NCBI GenBank assembly: GCA_036172245.1
Contig: JAYWIR010000001.1
Span: forward strand, 9,300,001-9,364,000
DNA from: Raillietiella orientalis
Lineage: Eukaryota
DNA length: 64,000 nucleotides
Direction of reading: 5' to 3'
Part shown: in pieces, positions 36,601 through 48,953 of the stretch
Layout of the letters: each line of letters begins with the position of its first letter
Numbering within the stretch: the stretch's first letter is position 1
The notes under the pieces: model-generated
What the model was told of the DNA's origin: nothing
The model's database searches: none
The model's input: the letters and a program-made list of their open reading frames with translations, nothing else
Program-made: the position numbers and the translations under genes

Positions 36601-39600
36601 CCACCGACAAGATCCTTTGCCGACGTCGCTTTCTCTGCATCAGAGCACGGAAGAGCATCAGACAACGCGAAAATACAGGCACATGTGGTCCAAGGCCACA
36701 AACCTGCACTCTTACAAGGTGGGCACCTCACCCCTGAAGGCGATGGGTACGTCTAAAGTGCTGCGTGGGTGCTCCCATGCAGCGATTTCTCGCCCTTATG
36801 CTCACCAGTGGCAGCACAGCGACTGCTTCATACTCCGCTAACCATGAAAAGGAGAAAAGTTGTCTTCTTTAAGAAAGACCAACCGTCAAGTGGTCCAGTT
36901 AAATGGGTATCAAGTACGGTAAGTCTCAAGACGGTCCCAGCGGAGTCCGTTTGTGTCCGAGGTCTGTGAACGAAGCGGTACCCTGAGGAAGGATTCGAGG
37001 AAACCCATAGGGGGCTGTCCGCGGCGCGAGTCATGGAGCACAGCCTACAGCATCGCTCGGCTGCTCGTTGTGCTCCATCTGGGGAGGCTGGATTCTCGAG
37101 GTATCGAGCCAAATGAAATAAAGGAAACCATGATCGATCGTTTGTTCTCCTATTCTCGTATCCGTCGCCTAGATACGCAACCGGCGTCTCGTCCTTGAAG
37201 CAATAAGTTAGAAAATGCATCTTTCGTACCCAACCTCTCAAAATAATGCCTAGAAGTAAAGAAATTTGGAGAGACGGACTGGTGAAGATTATCCCATGCT
37301 TCCTGCGCGTCCCTGGGGACCCTAGAAAGTGGATGTTGTACAGGCCAAGGATGACCCTCAAGGACTGCGAGCAGTTCACAACCAGTGGCGACCGCCAGAA
37401 AATGCGACTGTTCCGCCTCACCAAGAAGATGGTGGGAAGATTTACCCACATAAATCGAGAGCTCTGGACAAATCAGGAATTTAAATGCTGGCACCTGATT
37501 AACAGGGGAAACATCCGAGAAAAAGTGAAAAAGAATCCACACGAGGACGAAGTTCTGTCTGTGGCCGCCAGCGGATACGGGTGCCGACAGACGAACCTAC
37601 GGTTGGAACTACGGTCTGGACGAGCGATTTACCACCCGACACTCAAGATGAACTCCTGATGTTTTTTCACGGAGGCATCCTAAGCGGCACTGGTCAGGGA
37701 ACGCGCAAGACGACATGTGCAAGACCTGTGGAGCCAGGGAAGCCCAATTCCACATTCTCACCTGCCCGATGCTGCGCCGGGTTTGGGCCAAGCTGAAGGA
37801 GGTGACACGCCTGCAGAAGATGGACAAGATGGAGATCCTGGAAGGAATGTTTGAAGGGAACGGCAACGTTCCTCGATACAACCCAATGGTCCGCATCACC
37901 ATCGCCCTCTTTATCACGAGCATCGTGATAAGAAGGTCAAAAATGAGGACCGGACTCAACAGTGTGCCAGCTGTGGAAATACTGGAAGATCTAGTTAAAA
38001 GGGAAATAGGCATCAGAAGTTGTGGATGCATTCCCACTTTACGTACTGTTACATTCTGAGAAGGATTCAAGAACGTAGCCCAGTGAGTGAATTCCCCACT
38101 CAAACTCAGTGACTGCCCGAAGACTAACCCTGAAAGTGAAAACTGAAAACCAGTGAATTACAGAACGCTTGCATGAATGAATGTTGAAAACCACTTCATC
38201 CTACCACAAGTCGGGCTAGGGAAAAATGCATCTTCCGCATCAGACATTTCAATATTCTTTGTACTGTCCCTTCCTCCATCACTCTGTTTAATCAAAATGT
38301 AGAAGAATCCATACGTGGTGAATGGTGGGCAATGAGGAGCAGCTCATGGCTTACAGTCGAAGGCCGAGGACTCAACATGCAATGGTGTTGCTCCAAAGAG
38401 GCAGATGGCGCCTTCTTTGTGTTGCAGATGCATGAAAATGACGAAACTGCATCCCTGAATGCAGGATGTTCCGCCCTAATTTCGCGGGTTCTGATGGGTC
38501 GACATGGATTGTCCCCTGAAGAGCATGCGTGACAGGAAGAGAGAGATCTAATGCCAATGCCGACGAGGCGGAAACCTGGTCTGTTCCTGCGGGAGGTTGC
38601 GTGGAACCTGAACAAGATGCTGTGAGCTTCGTCCACCCTTCTTTCCCTCCCTAGGGGAAGAGAGGAACAGTGACCTTCCAGCAAGGTGGAATCTGGAAGC
38701 CAAAGAGAAAATTCCGGGCGCATGGACGAGGCAGCTAAAGGACGCTGCGACGTTGAGGTTCTCACCCGAAGGACTTCTCTTCTGGGGAGAGCTGCAGGGG
38801 ATTCCTTGAGAATCTTTGATGTGGCTCTCAATGTCGTAGAGCAAGCGCACCTTCCCTCTCAAGCAGCAGGAATCGGCGTTGCTGCGGCTGCACTGAGGAG
38901 TCCCGTGCAAAGCGCGCTCCCACCACTGGACCCTTGGGAGTATTACTGAGGGATGCGGCAGGTGCGGGAAAACGCCTCCTTATACGTGACGCGCTGTCTA
39001 CAGCCGCTTTCTGAGGAGCCTCCTGCTGACCTAGCGGGATGGTAGCGACATGGAACGCCAGCAGAAGAGGACAGAACGACGGAGATGTCATCCACCGACA
39101 GAAACTCCTTCCGAGGATCGCTGCAAGATGGCATCATCTGGGAATTGGCAAGAGTGAACTTGCCAGCATTCTCCAGACGAGGAACAAGACGTAGAGGGAT
39201 ACGCCTTCACCCCTCCCCGAGCCCTTCAAGCAAACACTTTCTCCACTCCTTTTTTTTTTCGTTTTATTTTTCCTTTTTGTTTTTTTTTTCCTCTCCCGCA
39301 TCTCCGCATGGAACTCCAGGTGGCGAGTGAACTCAAAATTCTGTATGTGATGGGGTTAGTGGTCTGCCAAAACTGCAAGTTTCTTTTCAGGAGAGGCCCT
39401 CTCTGACGAGAAACCCGGGCAAGAGGACATCGCGGCGCTGCGGGTTCGCCCGACGCCACTCGCTCCTGGAGTGCGGCGCTGCGGAGACCACACTCAGGAA
39501 GCCCCTCCGAGCGGGAGGTGATGGAGATGGGGGAAGGTCTTTCGGGTTCTTCCTCTCTCCTGAAGGAGACTGAGCTCACTTCCGTGTTGCGGAAGGTGGA

Positions 39601-40120
39601 GAAGCCGTGCCACGCTCGAACGCTCGCGTCTCCGTGGACGGACTCTTGCAGGTGGTCGACCCCTCCCCGCAATATCCTCGGGTTTCATCCTGCGGCGGGG
39701 TCAGAACGCGGGTCGCCCCTCGGAAACGAGGAAACGGCGGGTTCCTCGTCGACGGCGGACGACCCGCGGGGCGTCGACCTGCGACCTTCTCCATCGTGCA
39801 GTTGGGAAGGTTGGTGGACCGTTGAGACCGTCGGCTACGGTGGACAGAAGGACGGGCAATTCCGAGCCGGAAACATCCGTGCCACAGGCGTCGATCTCAG
39901 GGGGGAGCCTGAGATCGAGCCCCCTCCCCCCTTCGTCGCTGGTGGAGCGCTTTTCCCGCCATCCCGCCAGCGGCGAACTCGGCAGTCGGGGAGGGACCAG
40001 CTGGTCACCGGGCACAGGATGGTGCCCTGAGGGATAGATTGCGGGAAGGATGCAGGTCGCGCGTTGCTTTGCATAGGAGGCCCCGGAGATTCTGAAGAAA
40101 GCGGTTCGGGCTGCCCCGTC
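30697..40120 (-). CDS. CTC1: Divergent CTC1-like (CST complex large subunit) multi-exon gene; exon structure and ends not fully resolved
   Basis: Ordered motifs resemble vertebrate CTC1 as I recall it: CLRGKVRLL (about 38839-38865; cf. CLRGAVLL), LEQHHCML (about 38373-38396; cf. LEEPHHCPL), DVSGSELPVLL...ARW and SSNPSSG...DSAGTVL. Many short ag/gt-bounded segments. Confidence 0.55.
31470..32135 (+). mobile_element. LINE family B 3' copy with 12-bp TSD (1 mismatch)
   Basis: Colinear with 25370-25981 (MEVLAGMFQGSGNVP). TSD cggaagcatcca (31458-31469) / cggaagtatcca (32136-32147). Confidence 0.9.
35500..36382 (+). mobile_element. LINE family A 3' copy
   Basis: NCVRYGERESLPHLLVDC...ATRWPHL; terminal aataaacgccccggcgcacctgggtgaaaa. 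The 5' boundary is approximate. Confidence 0.85.
37227..38222 (+). mobile_element. LINE family B 3' copy with 15-bp TSD (1 mismatch)
   Basis: PRSKEIW, FFHGGILSG, CKTCGAREAQFHILTCP and NPMVRITIALFIT match 25.0-25.9 kb. TSD aaaatgcatctttcg (37212-37226) / aaaatgcatcttccg (38223-38237). Confidence 0.92.
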
Positions 40121-40644
40121 ATGGACGGTTTCCTCTTACGGCGCCATCTCGTGGGCAGAGTCGGACCCAGAGCGCGCGCATGACGTCATGATCCGGCTGA
40201 TTCGAGTCCGCCGCGTTTTCTGCCTCCGACTTCCGGGTGCTCTTCGGCCCTGCAAGGGGCTGTGCGGGTGCCAAGGGCCAACTGTTCGTATTCCGCGGGC
40301 TCCTCCCGCGGCCTTGACATTTTCAAGGACGCTTGAACGGGAAAGGCACAGCGGGTGCTGCACGAGCTCACCGACTTTTCCGAGGCGTTTCCCTTCGAGG
40401 CGGGGTCAGGCGTGAACCCAGAGGAGAGTTGATCTGGCCGCGAAAACCCGAGGACGCGACAGCCCGAAAGATGCGTCCGCAGACGACCCGAGGAGTCTCT
40501 CGCTCGCCCGCGCACGAGCGCGGGAGGGCGAAAGGACCGTCCACTTGCAAGTCCGCCCCCACAGTGCCTTTCCCGGACTTTTTCGGCCCGGAGACGCCAC
40601 CCCTTCGCACCGCTGATGCCCTCAGGACAACAGGACTCCCTCTG

Positions 40645-43600
40645 TTAGTTCTTGTATTTATCCTGAAGGAGCTGACATTGGCTGCAGTACTGACGCATGG
40701 CCTCCTCTCTGGAAATACCCTTTTTGCTCTTCCAGGCTTTCCACTTTTCCCTCTCCACGATGTTCAGGGATAGCAACTTCCCGTCTGGAGTCCGTGGCAA
40801 TAGAAAGAACACAACGGACCCGGCGTACCTGAGATGCTGTCGCCCACCGTGGCCTGCTTGTACAGTCCGTACAGTTCCCGGAGCTCGTCGTCGCTAGGCC
40901 TTTTCTTCAAGGACTTGATGGAAGTAGCCGCCTTCTCGAACTCCTGCAAGAGAAACGACGCTCGGTAGAGCAGGCGCTGTGGCGCTTGGTGGCATCTGGC
41001 GGGGTTCAGTGAAGTTGAGCGGACAGTGGGGTGTTTTCGGCGGTGGAGCGACTTTCCCCGGGAGCATCTGGACGAAAAGCCCAATCTGGAGCGGTCTGCT
41101 CATAACAGCGGCGCTAGGTTCCCTTTTTCACAGAAGGTGTGGCCCACCGGGAATCGCCCACAAGCTGCTGCGGAAGGCAGCAGCACGCCATAGTGCCTTT
41201 GGACACAGAGGTCAAAGACGAATTCCCCGAAATGAGTCAGACCAGTCGGTGAAGCGACGCATGCCGTCTGAGCCTCCTCCGTGCTGGCACGTGCGACCGT
41301 AGCACGACAGGGACAAACCGGGACTCCCTGTGTCTCCGGCGGGTAGCGGACTCTGCCATCGAGGAGAGCAGCGGGGCATCCGGCTTGTGGTCTCCTCGCA
41401 GGCCTGCCTCCCTGGATCTTCCGCAGAGCAGGCAGCGGAGGTGTCAAACGGGGAGCATCAATACATCTGGCGTTCCCTATCGTCGCTGGTCGCACGCTCG
41501 GCCCGCCATCCTCTTTCTCTGCTCGAAGCGCTCCTCGTTCTCTCTGCTGGTCCTCACGCGGCTCCACCAAGCATCGCTGGTTCGAATCCCGCACCGAGAA
41601 AAGCGTCAACGCCGAGAACGAGGGGGCACGCCGTTGGTTTCGAGTTTTCCCGCTGGATGGCGCTGGTTGACCTCGGCTGGCTTCGGGTGCCACACTGGGG
41701 GAAGCCAGGGATAACCCCGTTGACTCGACAGGACCGCAAGTTGACCACCCGGGATCCTTCCAGGGATTAAGGAGCCCTTCGAGGTTCCTCTCCGGTTGCG
41801 AAGAGGGAGCCACCCCATGGTGCCATCGCGCACCATGGAGCTGGTTGATGCCTCGCCCGAGTGCAAGAAGCGCGCTCTGCTCTTCGGAGTTCCCTTCAGG
41901 AAGCGGTTCCCTTGAGGGTACCCTCTGACGAAGAAATGGGTCGTGGTCCCGTGCGGGAGGTTCCTCCAGGAGCAAAGCGAACGCTGACGCGGCTTTCTGG
42001 AGGATGAAATTCATCCCAGGAGTCGAGTTCCTCGTTCTCTTTGCTGCGTTCCAGTAGCCAGGTGGGAAGCTGTGTTCCGGGAGCAGACGCAATTCATGGA
42101 TCCGATGGTTCCGGGAAGGATCCATCGGGTCCATGAAATGCCCGATTTTGGAGGCAGCGTCACCCAAGTGTCGTCCGAGCACACGTGAGCCCGCGCGAAT
42201 GTGGAGCCCCGCCGTCGTGCACGGAGAAAGCCGATCTCGCCGAAGTGGAGAAGCGCTAGAGATTCTTCAGGCGGGAGCCGGACGCTCAGGTGCGGGCGGG
42301 ACGAGCGAGGAAGCATAACGCGCGCGCGCAGGCATCGCTTGCGGGTCGCGTGGAGTGGCACGAGGTCAGACGCACCGGCAAACAGGACCGACGGAAACAC
42401 CTCTAGCTGGAAAATCCAGCCTCCCTGACGCCAGGGGCATTGGCCGGCGGAGCGTCCGCTTCAGCTGGGACCACCAGCACCCACGCACCGCGGGAATCCC
42501 GTTCCCATGGAAACTGGGAGGGAATCCGGAAACCCCACGGCGGGAGCCATTTCTCACCGGATGGAAGGTTCCACCTCGGGGCGGTTCGGCAAACACTCCC
42601 ACCCTTCAACGTGGGCGTGCAGGGCCATCTCAGACACGGCAAGAAAGCACGCGGTGCCCAGAAGGTAGCGGGAGGCTGCAAATGGAGTCGAAAGGGGAAG
42701 CACCGGAACGGTGCAGACAAGCCATGGGAACAGCGGTGGGTCTCCGCAGAAGCGTGGCAAGGAAAGTTCTCTCTTGTACATTCGGCCTTCCTTCGTACGG
42801 ATCCAGCATGCACTCGTATACACTTGGCTTTCATCCGTATAGCAGTGGCTCCAGTATGAACGCACGTTAAAGGCAGGTTAAGCATGCTAGGGATGCTGCC
42901 GTGGTAACGGGGGCTTTTGCTGATTTCCTGGCGCTTGTTTGCCACTTACCAAGTGAGTGTTCGCTGGTGGCAAGGGTGGCTTTCAGCTCCCACGGAATGA
43001 GGGGACATCCGATTTCGCACCTCCCGTTTTCCCTTCCCGGCCGACGCGCCCTCCTCCCATATCTCGCCTCGCCCTCTCGCATAGTTTCGTGACCGCTACT
43101 TCCTCCGTCCTGGGGGGGCGTTCGGCGGCAGCAGGGCCCGCCTGCAGGCCGGACTTTCCGCTGCCGAACCACAGCCGCAAGGAGTGGTCACACCTCGCGC
43201 GCTACGAGGCCCCGCGCACGCTGCGGGCAGCTTTCTCAGCGTCTGGATACTCTCACCGACTCCAGCTAACTCTTCGTTTTTCGGCTGCCGTGCTGACGGG
43301 AGCTGCGTCTGTGGTCTACGGGGCATCCCGGTAGCTGTGCACAGGAAGAGCGCACTCTGCGACCTTCCAGGTTGCGGAGATGAAAAGCCCCATCCGCCCG
43401 GCGATCGGCTCCGGAGTGGCGGAACTTCCGCTCTGCACGCCTTGCCTGTGGCCCGCGAGGCAAGGCCATTCCTCTCTCGAAGGAGAGGAATGCAGCCCCG
43501 TGATCAGCTGGCCACGGCGCGCGAAGTCCGGGTCTTTTCCTGCTGTTCCGCCCACCGCCTGAGGGCAAACAATCGGAGTGCGTCCCTTACCCCCAGGGAA

Positions 43601-46495
43601 CCGCCACTTCCGCCGTATCCCCGGAGAACTGGCATCCGAGGAGTCATGAGCCGCAGTCAGACGGTGGCGGTCGCGGGATTCTTTGCTGCCCGTCGCGTGC
43701 GCGCTGCCCGGTTCGCCGCTGCGTCTCCTGACGCGCGCTCGTGTCTCCATGGAAGCACAAAATCCCAGCTCTGAGGGCGATTGCACGCATCAGCGGGTTT
43801 CGGGAGAAGAACTGACCCTTGGAACGGAGGCCGCGAACCCCGTCCATGCCCTCAGATCTCCCCCCTCTACGGAAAGAAGGAGAAAGTTGACATTTCCATC
43901 TCCTCCCTACTTCACCCTCTGCAGCATCCCAACCACTCCTCCCGCCCAGCTCCACGGCCACGTGGCTGCGTGCCACTCCTGCGCGCGATGCGCGTGGGGC
44001 CGACTACATGGTCGATCCTGAAGCGGGCCGCAGTGGGCTGCCAGGTGCGCCCCGAGGCATCGTGGCGCGTCTCGAGAGATGAGGGCACCACGTCTCTGCG
44101 ATCCCGGTGCCTCCGCCTCGGCGTCGCGACCAGCAGGTCCGCCTTCACGGGGCGCCGAAGAGCGGCACCAGAGCGAGGAGCCGCTCCTGCAGTCTGCTTG
44201 AGAAGCTCCGGCTCGCCAAAGAGCGTCCGCGTTTGGGACGGGGGTTCTGCTCACCTCCTCGGGTGGGTAGGCGTCCCAGCGAGCAGCGGAGGACGTGCGG
44301 AAGCGGACGACTGCACCTGCAGGCTCCCTGGCAAGGAGGACATAGTCCCGGAGGCGGTCCGGGAGCTGCTCCCGTCTACCGAAATGCCGCTCTCCGCCTC
44401 GCCTCGGGCATTCCGGAGGGTCGCGCGCCAGCAACCCAAGGAGCCGCAAGTGCGCGCGCGTCTTCTCGAACGCGACCTGCCATCCTCGGCTCCGGGCATC
44501 GGTGTGGAGCCACGGGCCTCGTCGTCGGCTCGGCGAAACGTCCGCGGGGCACCTTTCCGCGTGGCTTGGATCCCAGGGCGACCGAGAGACGGCATAGACG
44601 CCCCGTCACAGCAGCAGCCCGCTGGACGCGCCCCGGCGCCATCGCGCTTGCTGCTGCCGGGCCCGATTCGCAGCCCGCGTGCCCTTCAAGGTGGCAGCCG
44701 CCCCCGACCTGCACTTCTGGGGGTCGGTGGTTCAGGGCCCTCGCAGCTGCTGCCCTTCAGCACGCTGAGAGTCTGCCTCGGCGACACGGGTCGGTCGCAG
44801 CCCGGCTTACGTACTGAGACTATTAATGGTTTTGCAGTTACGTCCTGTGGATATTTATAATAGTGTGGTGTTGCGTATTGCGGTTATTTATAGTTGTCTA
44901 GAGTTACATATAACTCGAAGTACGCATTGTTGTGGTTATTTATAGTTATGTAGACTTGCATGTAACCCGGGTTACGCATTGTGGTTAATTATAGTCATGT
45001 ATAGTTTTGTACAACTCAAGTTGTGTTGTGGTTATTTGTAGTCGTGTACAGTTACATACAGCCGAAGTTCCACGTATTGTAGTTGCTTATGGTTATGTAG
45101 AGTCACGTGTTGAGGTTATTTACAGTCGTCTAAAGTTGCATACAACTCGATTCACGTATTGTTGTGGTTATTTTTAGTCGTGTAAAGGTGCGCAGAGCCC
45201 GAGTTACATAATGAGCACGTGTGTTCCTTTCGTGCGATCACCAAAATGTGAGCGACCTTCGTCCACTCATTTCGGAAGGGACCCGCTGTGAGCCGGGCAC
45301 TCGCGGCCTCCCGAGTCCACTCCCGTGGCGGGAGTCGACGCTTTTCGTCTTTCATTCCGACCACGCCGTGTGCACGGGACAACACGCCTCCCCCCTGGAT
45401 GTCCGTCCTCCGCCTCGGACTCCCTCTGTTCCCCGCAGCGGCTTTCCTCCCGAAGGAAGCGCGTCCTCCCGCAGTCAAGGAGGCCGCCGGCATGGGGCGC
45501 GGACCACGGAGGGCCAGGGAGGAGGCGCGGAGCGCAAGGGAAGGCACGCGGGACCGCTTGCATCCGCCTCCGGGTCGCGAGCGGGAAACGACGCGTCGCT
45601 CGCGTAGCGGCCACCGTCACGTCCGAAACCGAGGGGAACCCCCAAGTGAGCCTCTTCCTGATTCTCTCCAGAGAGGTCTTCCGGTTTGTGGGGGCTCGTT
45701 TCTTTTCCGGAGGGCACCCGGAAAGGATCTGCTTCCAGATTTCTCGTTCCTTCGGGCGCTCCCCGAAGGAAGCAGCGCGCTTCCTACACTCTGGGGGGGC
45801 ATCAACCAGCTCCATGGAACGCGATGATACTCCAGATGGAGGGGAACTCCTGGAAAGGGTTCCTGGAAGGACCTTGGGGTGGTCAGCTTCCAGTCGTGGC
45901 CAGTCAGCGGGGGCATCCGGCTTGCACCAATACCGCCGCGTCATCTTGCAGGAGGAACTGGAACTCACAGTGCGCGCCCTCCCTCCGTTGTTGGTGTCGA
46001 CCCCTGGACGCCCCTGTTCCGCTGAGGAATCGCGTCCTTGCCATTCCCGTCCCTTTCCAGGACGGGCAGTCCAACGAGTCTCCCCGCTCTGACGGCTGCT
46101 GGCCCCCGTTCCCACGGAGACGGCGCAAGCGGACTGCTGTTTGGAAAGGGAGCCCCAGAAGATTGGTCGCCTTTCTTTGCGTGTGTGTTTTCGCGTCGCT
46201 TTTTTTTTTTTTTTTTGGTTTTTTTTGTTTTTGTTTTTGAGGCTTCCCCGCCTCGGCGCCGCCAAGCGCGATTGGGAAACGCGGGCAGCGTGCGTTTCCA
46301 CACGTGGCACACGCGTGCGGTGGGCCGTCGCACGGGTCTCCGCAAGGAACCATAGTGAAGTGCTTGCGGCACGCTTTCGGGAAGCAAAAGAAGGACGAGC
46401 TCACCTCCGGATCTGATCTTTTATGTTCCGAATCACCCGCCAGAACCAACAGAAGGAAAATCTGACCGTGTTACCTTCAGTAGGTTGTCGCCCAT
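40645..46495 (-). CDS. DBI: Acyl-CoA-binding protein (ACBP/DBI); exons 46495-46475 (proposed), 40943-40829, 40784-40645
   Basis: EFEKAA...KKRPSDDELRELYGLYKQATVGD and KWKAWKSKKGISREEAMRQY are ACBP signatures, joined by a 44-nt GT-AG intron. The proposed exon 1 (MGDNLLK|gtaac) is in phase and has a TATAAA upstream; it is less certain than exons 2-3. Confidence 0.88.
41330..41910 (+). repeat. Family C copy in the ACBP intron
   Basis: B box ggttcgaatcc (41579-41589) within a T-arm-like stem; downstream ccatggagctggttgatgcc and gagtgcaagaagcgcgct blocks. Confidence 0.78.
44825..45212. repeat. Degenerate AT-rich minisatellite, about 50-bp unit, about 7-8 copies
   Basis: Recurrent tgtggttatttatagt.rtgtaga.ttrcat, with unit starts near 44882, 44934, 44983, 45030, 45082, 45114 and 45165. 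Confidence 0.88.
45630..46030 (-). repeat. Family C copy
   Basis: Minus strand has gagttcc...tcctgcaagatgacgc, ccggatgcccccg and ccatggagctggttgatgcc, shared with the 19.9 and 41.8 kb copies. Confidence 0.8.
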
Positions 46496-46583
46496 CTTCC
46501 AAAGACCGAATCCGCGTTCCTGAGGGATCAGGTTAGCCACATGTCTTTCCACCGCTTCCTCCTCAGCTGCGACGCAGAGGGCA

Positions 46584-46589
46584 TTTATA
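46584..46589 (-). promoter_or_regulatory. Candidate TATA box for ACBP
   Basis: TATAAA on the minus strand, about 90 nt upstream of the proposed ATG at 46495, in an otherwise GC-rich context. Confidence 0.4.
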
Positions 46590-47359
46590 TCGGCGGCGAG
46601 ACGCGATTCCAGATAATGTGGAAAAAAAGGAGGATCTAAACGTTATCAGTCTTTTCGGTTATCTCCCTCGATCCACGATAATTCCTCTGGAGTTATCCGA
46701 TCCAGGTTTGATGAAAGCGCAAGGAAATTCCCTGCAGGAACGAATAAGGGCGCGGCATCTTCCGCTGCTTCGGCCTTCTTCGAGATCCGGATGAAAAGAA
46801 AGCGGGTGACTTCCACATCCGGTCTACCGGGTTCGCTCCAGAAGACTCCAGTCGTCCGTCGCCTTCCTCCCGCGCGAAACTAAGAAGAAGAAGCTGCTCG
46901 TGTGCGTCTTGCTGCATTCCAAGCTTTTGCGTCACCGTTGCACTCTTCGCGGAAGCTCTCTGCTGATGCTCGAGCCCCCGTGGAAGCACCGGTCATTGCA
47001 AAGTGCGCAGCAGCAGCAACTCGTGATGCCTCCTGCGTCCCGCAGAACTGTGGATCGCAGGTTCGTTTCAGTACGAGCTGATTTTCTGCAAGGACATCGT
47101 CCACACTTGAAGAGGGCTGTGTAAACGAAAATGCCCGTGGCGATTGCGTTACGACCCGGATGAGGTGCTTGAAAAATCACTGAAAGGGCAAGGCGGCAAA
47201 AGGGGATTCGGGATTTGCGTTTCAGAATTTTTCTAAAAAAAACTGAGTTGCCAACTGCGAATTATTTGTTTCGGTTCGAAGTGAAAAAGGAATTGCAATG
47301 AAGATGAAAACGTGCAACCATCCTGTGAGAGTACAAATGCAAAAATTTCAGAGAAACAT

Positions 47360-48058
47360 CCCCAAGTAAAAGATTCCCACTTCCGGAGCGGAAGAGTAGT
47401 AGAACTGGCCGATGCTGGGGCGTTTCCTTAATAAAAAGAAACGGGCAAAAAGTTGGGGAAAGTCAAAAAGTCCTTTTCCCAACAAGAACCTCGTCAGGAA
47501 GCAAAAGAAGTTCATGGGGAGGGTGCGCCGACACGCAGGTCGAAATTTCCGAATCTCCGGAACGAGAGGAAGGGAACAAGAAATAACAAAAGTGGAGTTT
47601 GAGGATGGGGGTCTTTGGCTTGTCTTGTTCCTTGTTGAAAAGACAGGAAAGGTCCGCAACGAATGGGAGAATAAAAATAGAAATAAAGGGAAAACCGGGA
47701 CAGAATGGTGGCCGGTCGTTCTTTCCGTAACCGACGCTCGATGCCGGCGGTCTCCATCTCGACTTCCTCTTCCAGGTGAGACCACCTGGCAGCCGCCCCC
47801 ACGTAGGCTGTCATGCAGATGAACTCCCTTCGCTGCGCCCGAAACTCCAACAAATGACGAGCTGAGACGATGCCGCGGATGCAGCATGTCGTCGCAGCAA
47901 CGGCGCCTGTCGCTCTCTCGCGAAGAATCGCCACAACAAATCATCAACCGCGTGCTCGGGATGCAGGAGTGCCGAAGCCAGACTCGGCCAACGTTTGTCG
48001 AGGGCACCGCAGTCCAACAACAGGCACAAGGGCGATCCCCTCGCCCCGTACCTCCAAT
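47360..48058 (-). mobile_element. LINE family A 3' copy
   Basis: LLLDCGAL...LASALLH and CCIRGI...AARWSHLEEEV; 3'-UTR motif cgacctgcgtgtcgg. Ends are approximate. Confidence 0.85.
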
Positions 48059-48189
48059 GGTTTCTTAATCCAGAGATTGAAGAGGTCTTCGAGGCACAAA
48101 ACAGTTTCCACTGTTTCATAAGGCAGCGAAACTGCGAAAGCTACAATGCGAGCATACAAAGCACTGAAGTACTAAACTGGAATTTCACT

Positions 48190-48953
48190 GTCTCTGGTCT
48201 ATAAGAGATCGTGAACGGGCGGACAAGAACGCTTCTGACCGTCTCCAGATTTTCTTGATTTAGTAATTTGTCTATCATTCCAAGTCTTGAGTCCTCCTCC
48301 TGTTTCGAGGAAGTTTCCTCCAGCAAAGGAACGGCGACGGAACTCAGCATCCTCTGCTGATCGAATGTGTGTATACAGCCACGTAATGTCCTGGCCCATC
48401 AAGGGAAGAGGATGCACTCTTGCGGCGCCCTAGGATTCAGAGTTGGGCGACCAAGCGCACGCGGAAAAATCCTGAAACTTTTCGTCACTTCCGTACTTAT
48501 TTTGAAAGCTCAAACATGCGAAATGCGCTGTTTCTTCGCTGACCGCGTGTGTTCTTCTCCGGCGACGGAACAGAACGTATTCGGAAGTGACAAGTTTCTG
48601 CTTTGATGACCTGCATTTATGAAGTTTCTGGTCAGGTTCCCAAAGTGTTCCCACCCTTCCCTGCTCACACGCTCTTCCTCCTCCGCTATCCAGATTCTTT
48701 ACTATAAGCAACTTCAAGAGATAGTTACCTTGAACATCTGAATGGGCTAAAATTGTCGCACGTGTTATCTGCTTTGCCAAGTTCAGGGTCTTTCTCCAGA
48801 CGATAGTGGTCTTTATCGATTCGTGTTCTATGTAGACACAGATGGCAGCACTGACGATATATAATCACGGTAATTAAAACGGATGATATCATCGAAAGAG
48901 GGTTCTATGAATGGATCAGGGAACCAGAATGCGATAGACCAGAACTCAAGTGC
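48190..48953 (-). CDS. Probable exons of an unidentified gene
   Basis: Open segments can be joined by about 40-nt GT-AG introns (ALEFWSIAFWFPDPFIEPSFDDIIRFNY / ESIKTTIVWRKTLNLAKQI / EEEERVSREGWEHFGNL). No family recognised. Confidence 0.35.

Noticed and set aside
7557..40120. Conserved VAMP-CTC1 synteny
   Set aside because: The VAMP near human CTC1 is VAMP2, which lacks a longin domain; this gene is a longin type, so the proximity is probably coincidence.
42740..42780. Paralogy between RELSLPRFC (42.75 kb) and RNLSLPNTFC (48.58 kb)
   Set aside because: The match is too short and does not extend.
43781..44860. Long ORFs (359 aa here; also 41100-42182 and 45267-46310) as genes
   Set aside because: Very GC-rich DNA with several frames open on both strands; R/A/P/G-rich translations with no domains; two of them cross repeat boundaries.
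44825..45212. CRISPR-like array
   Set aside because: Eukaryotic context, no cas genes, and no unique spacers.
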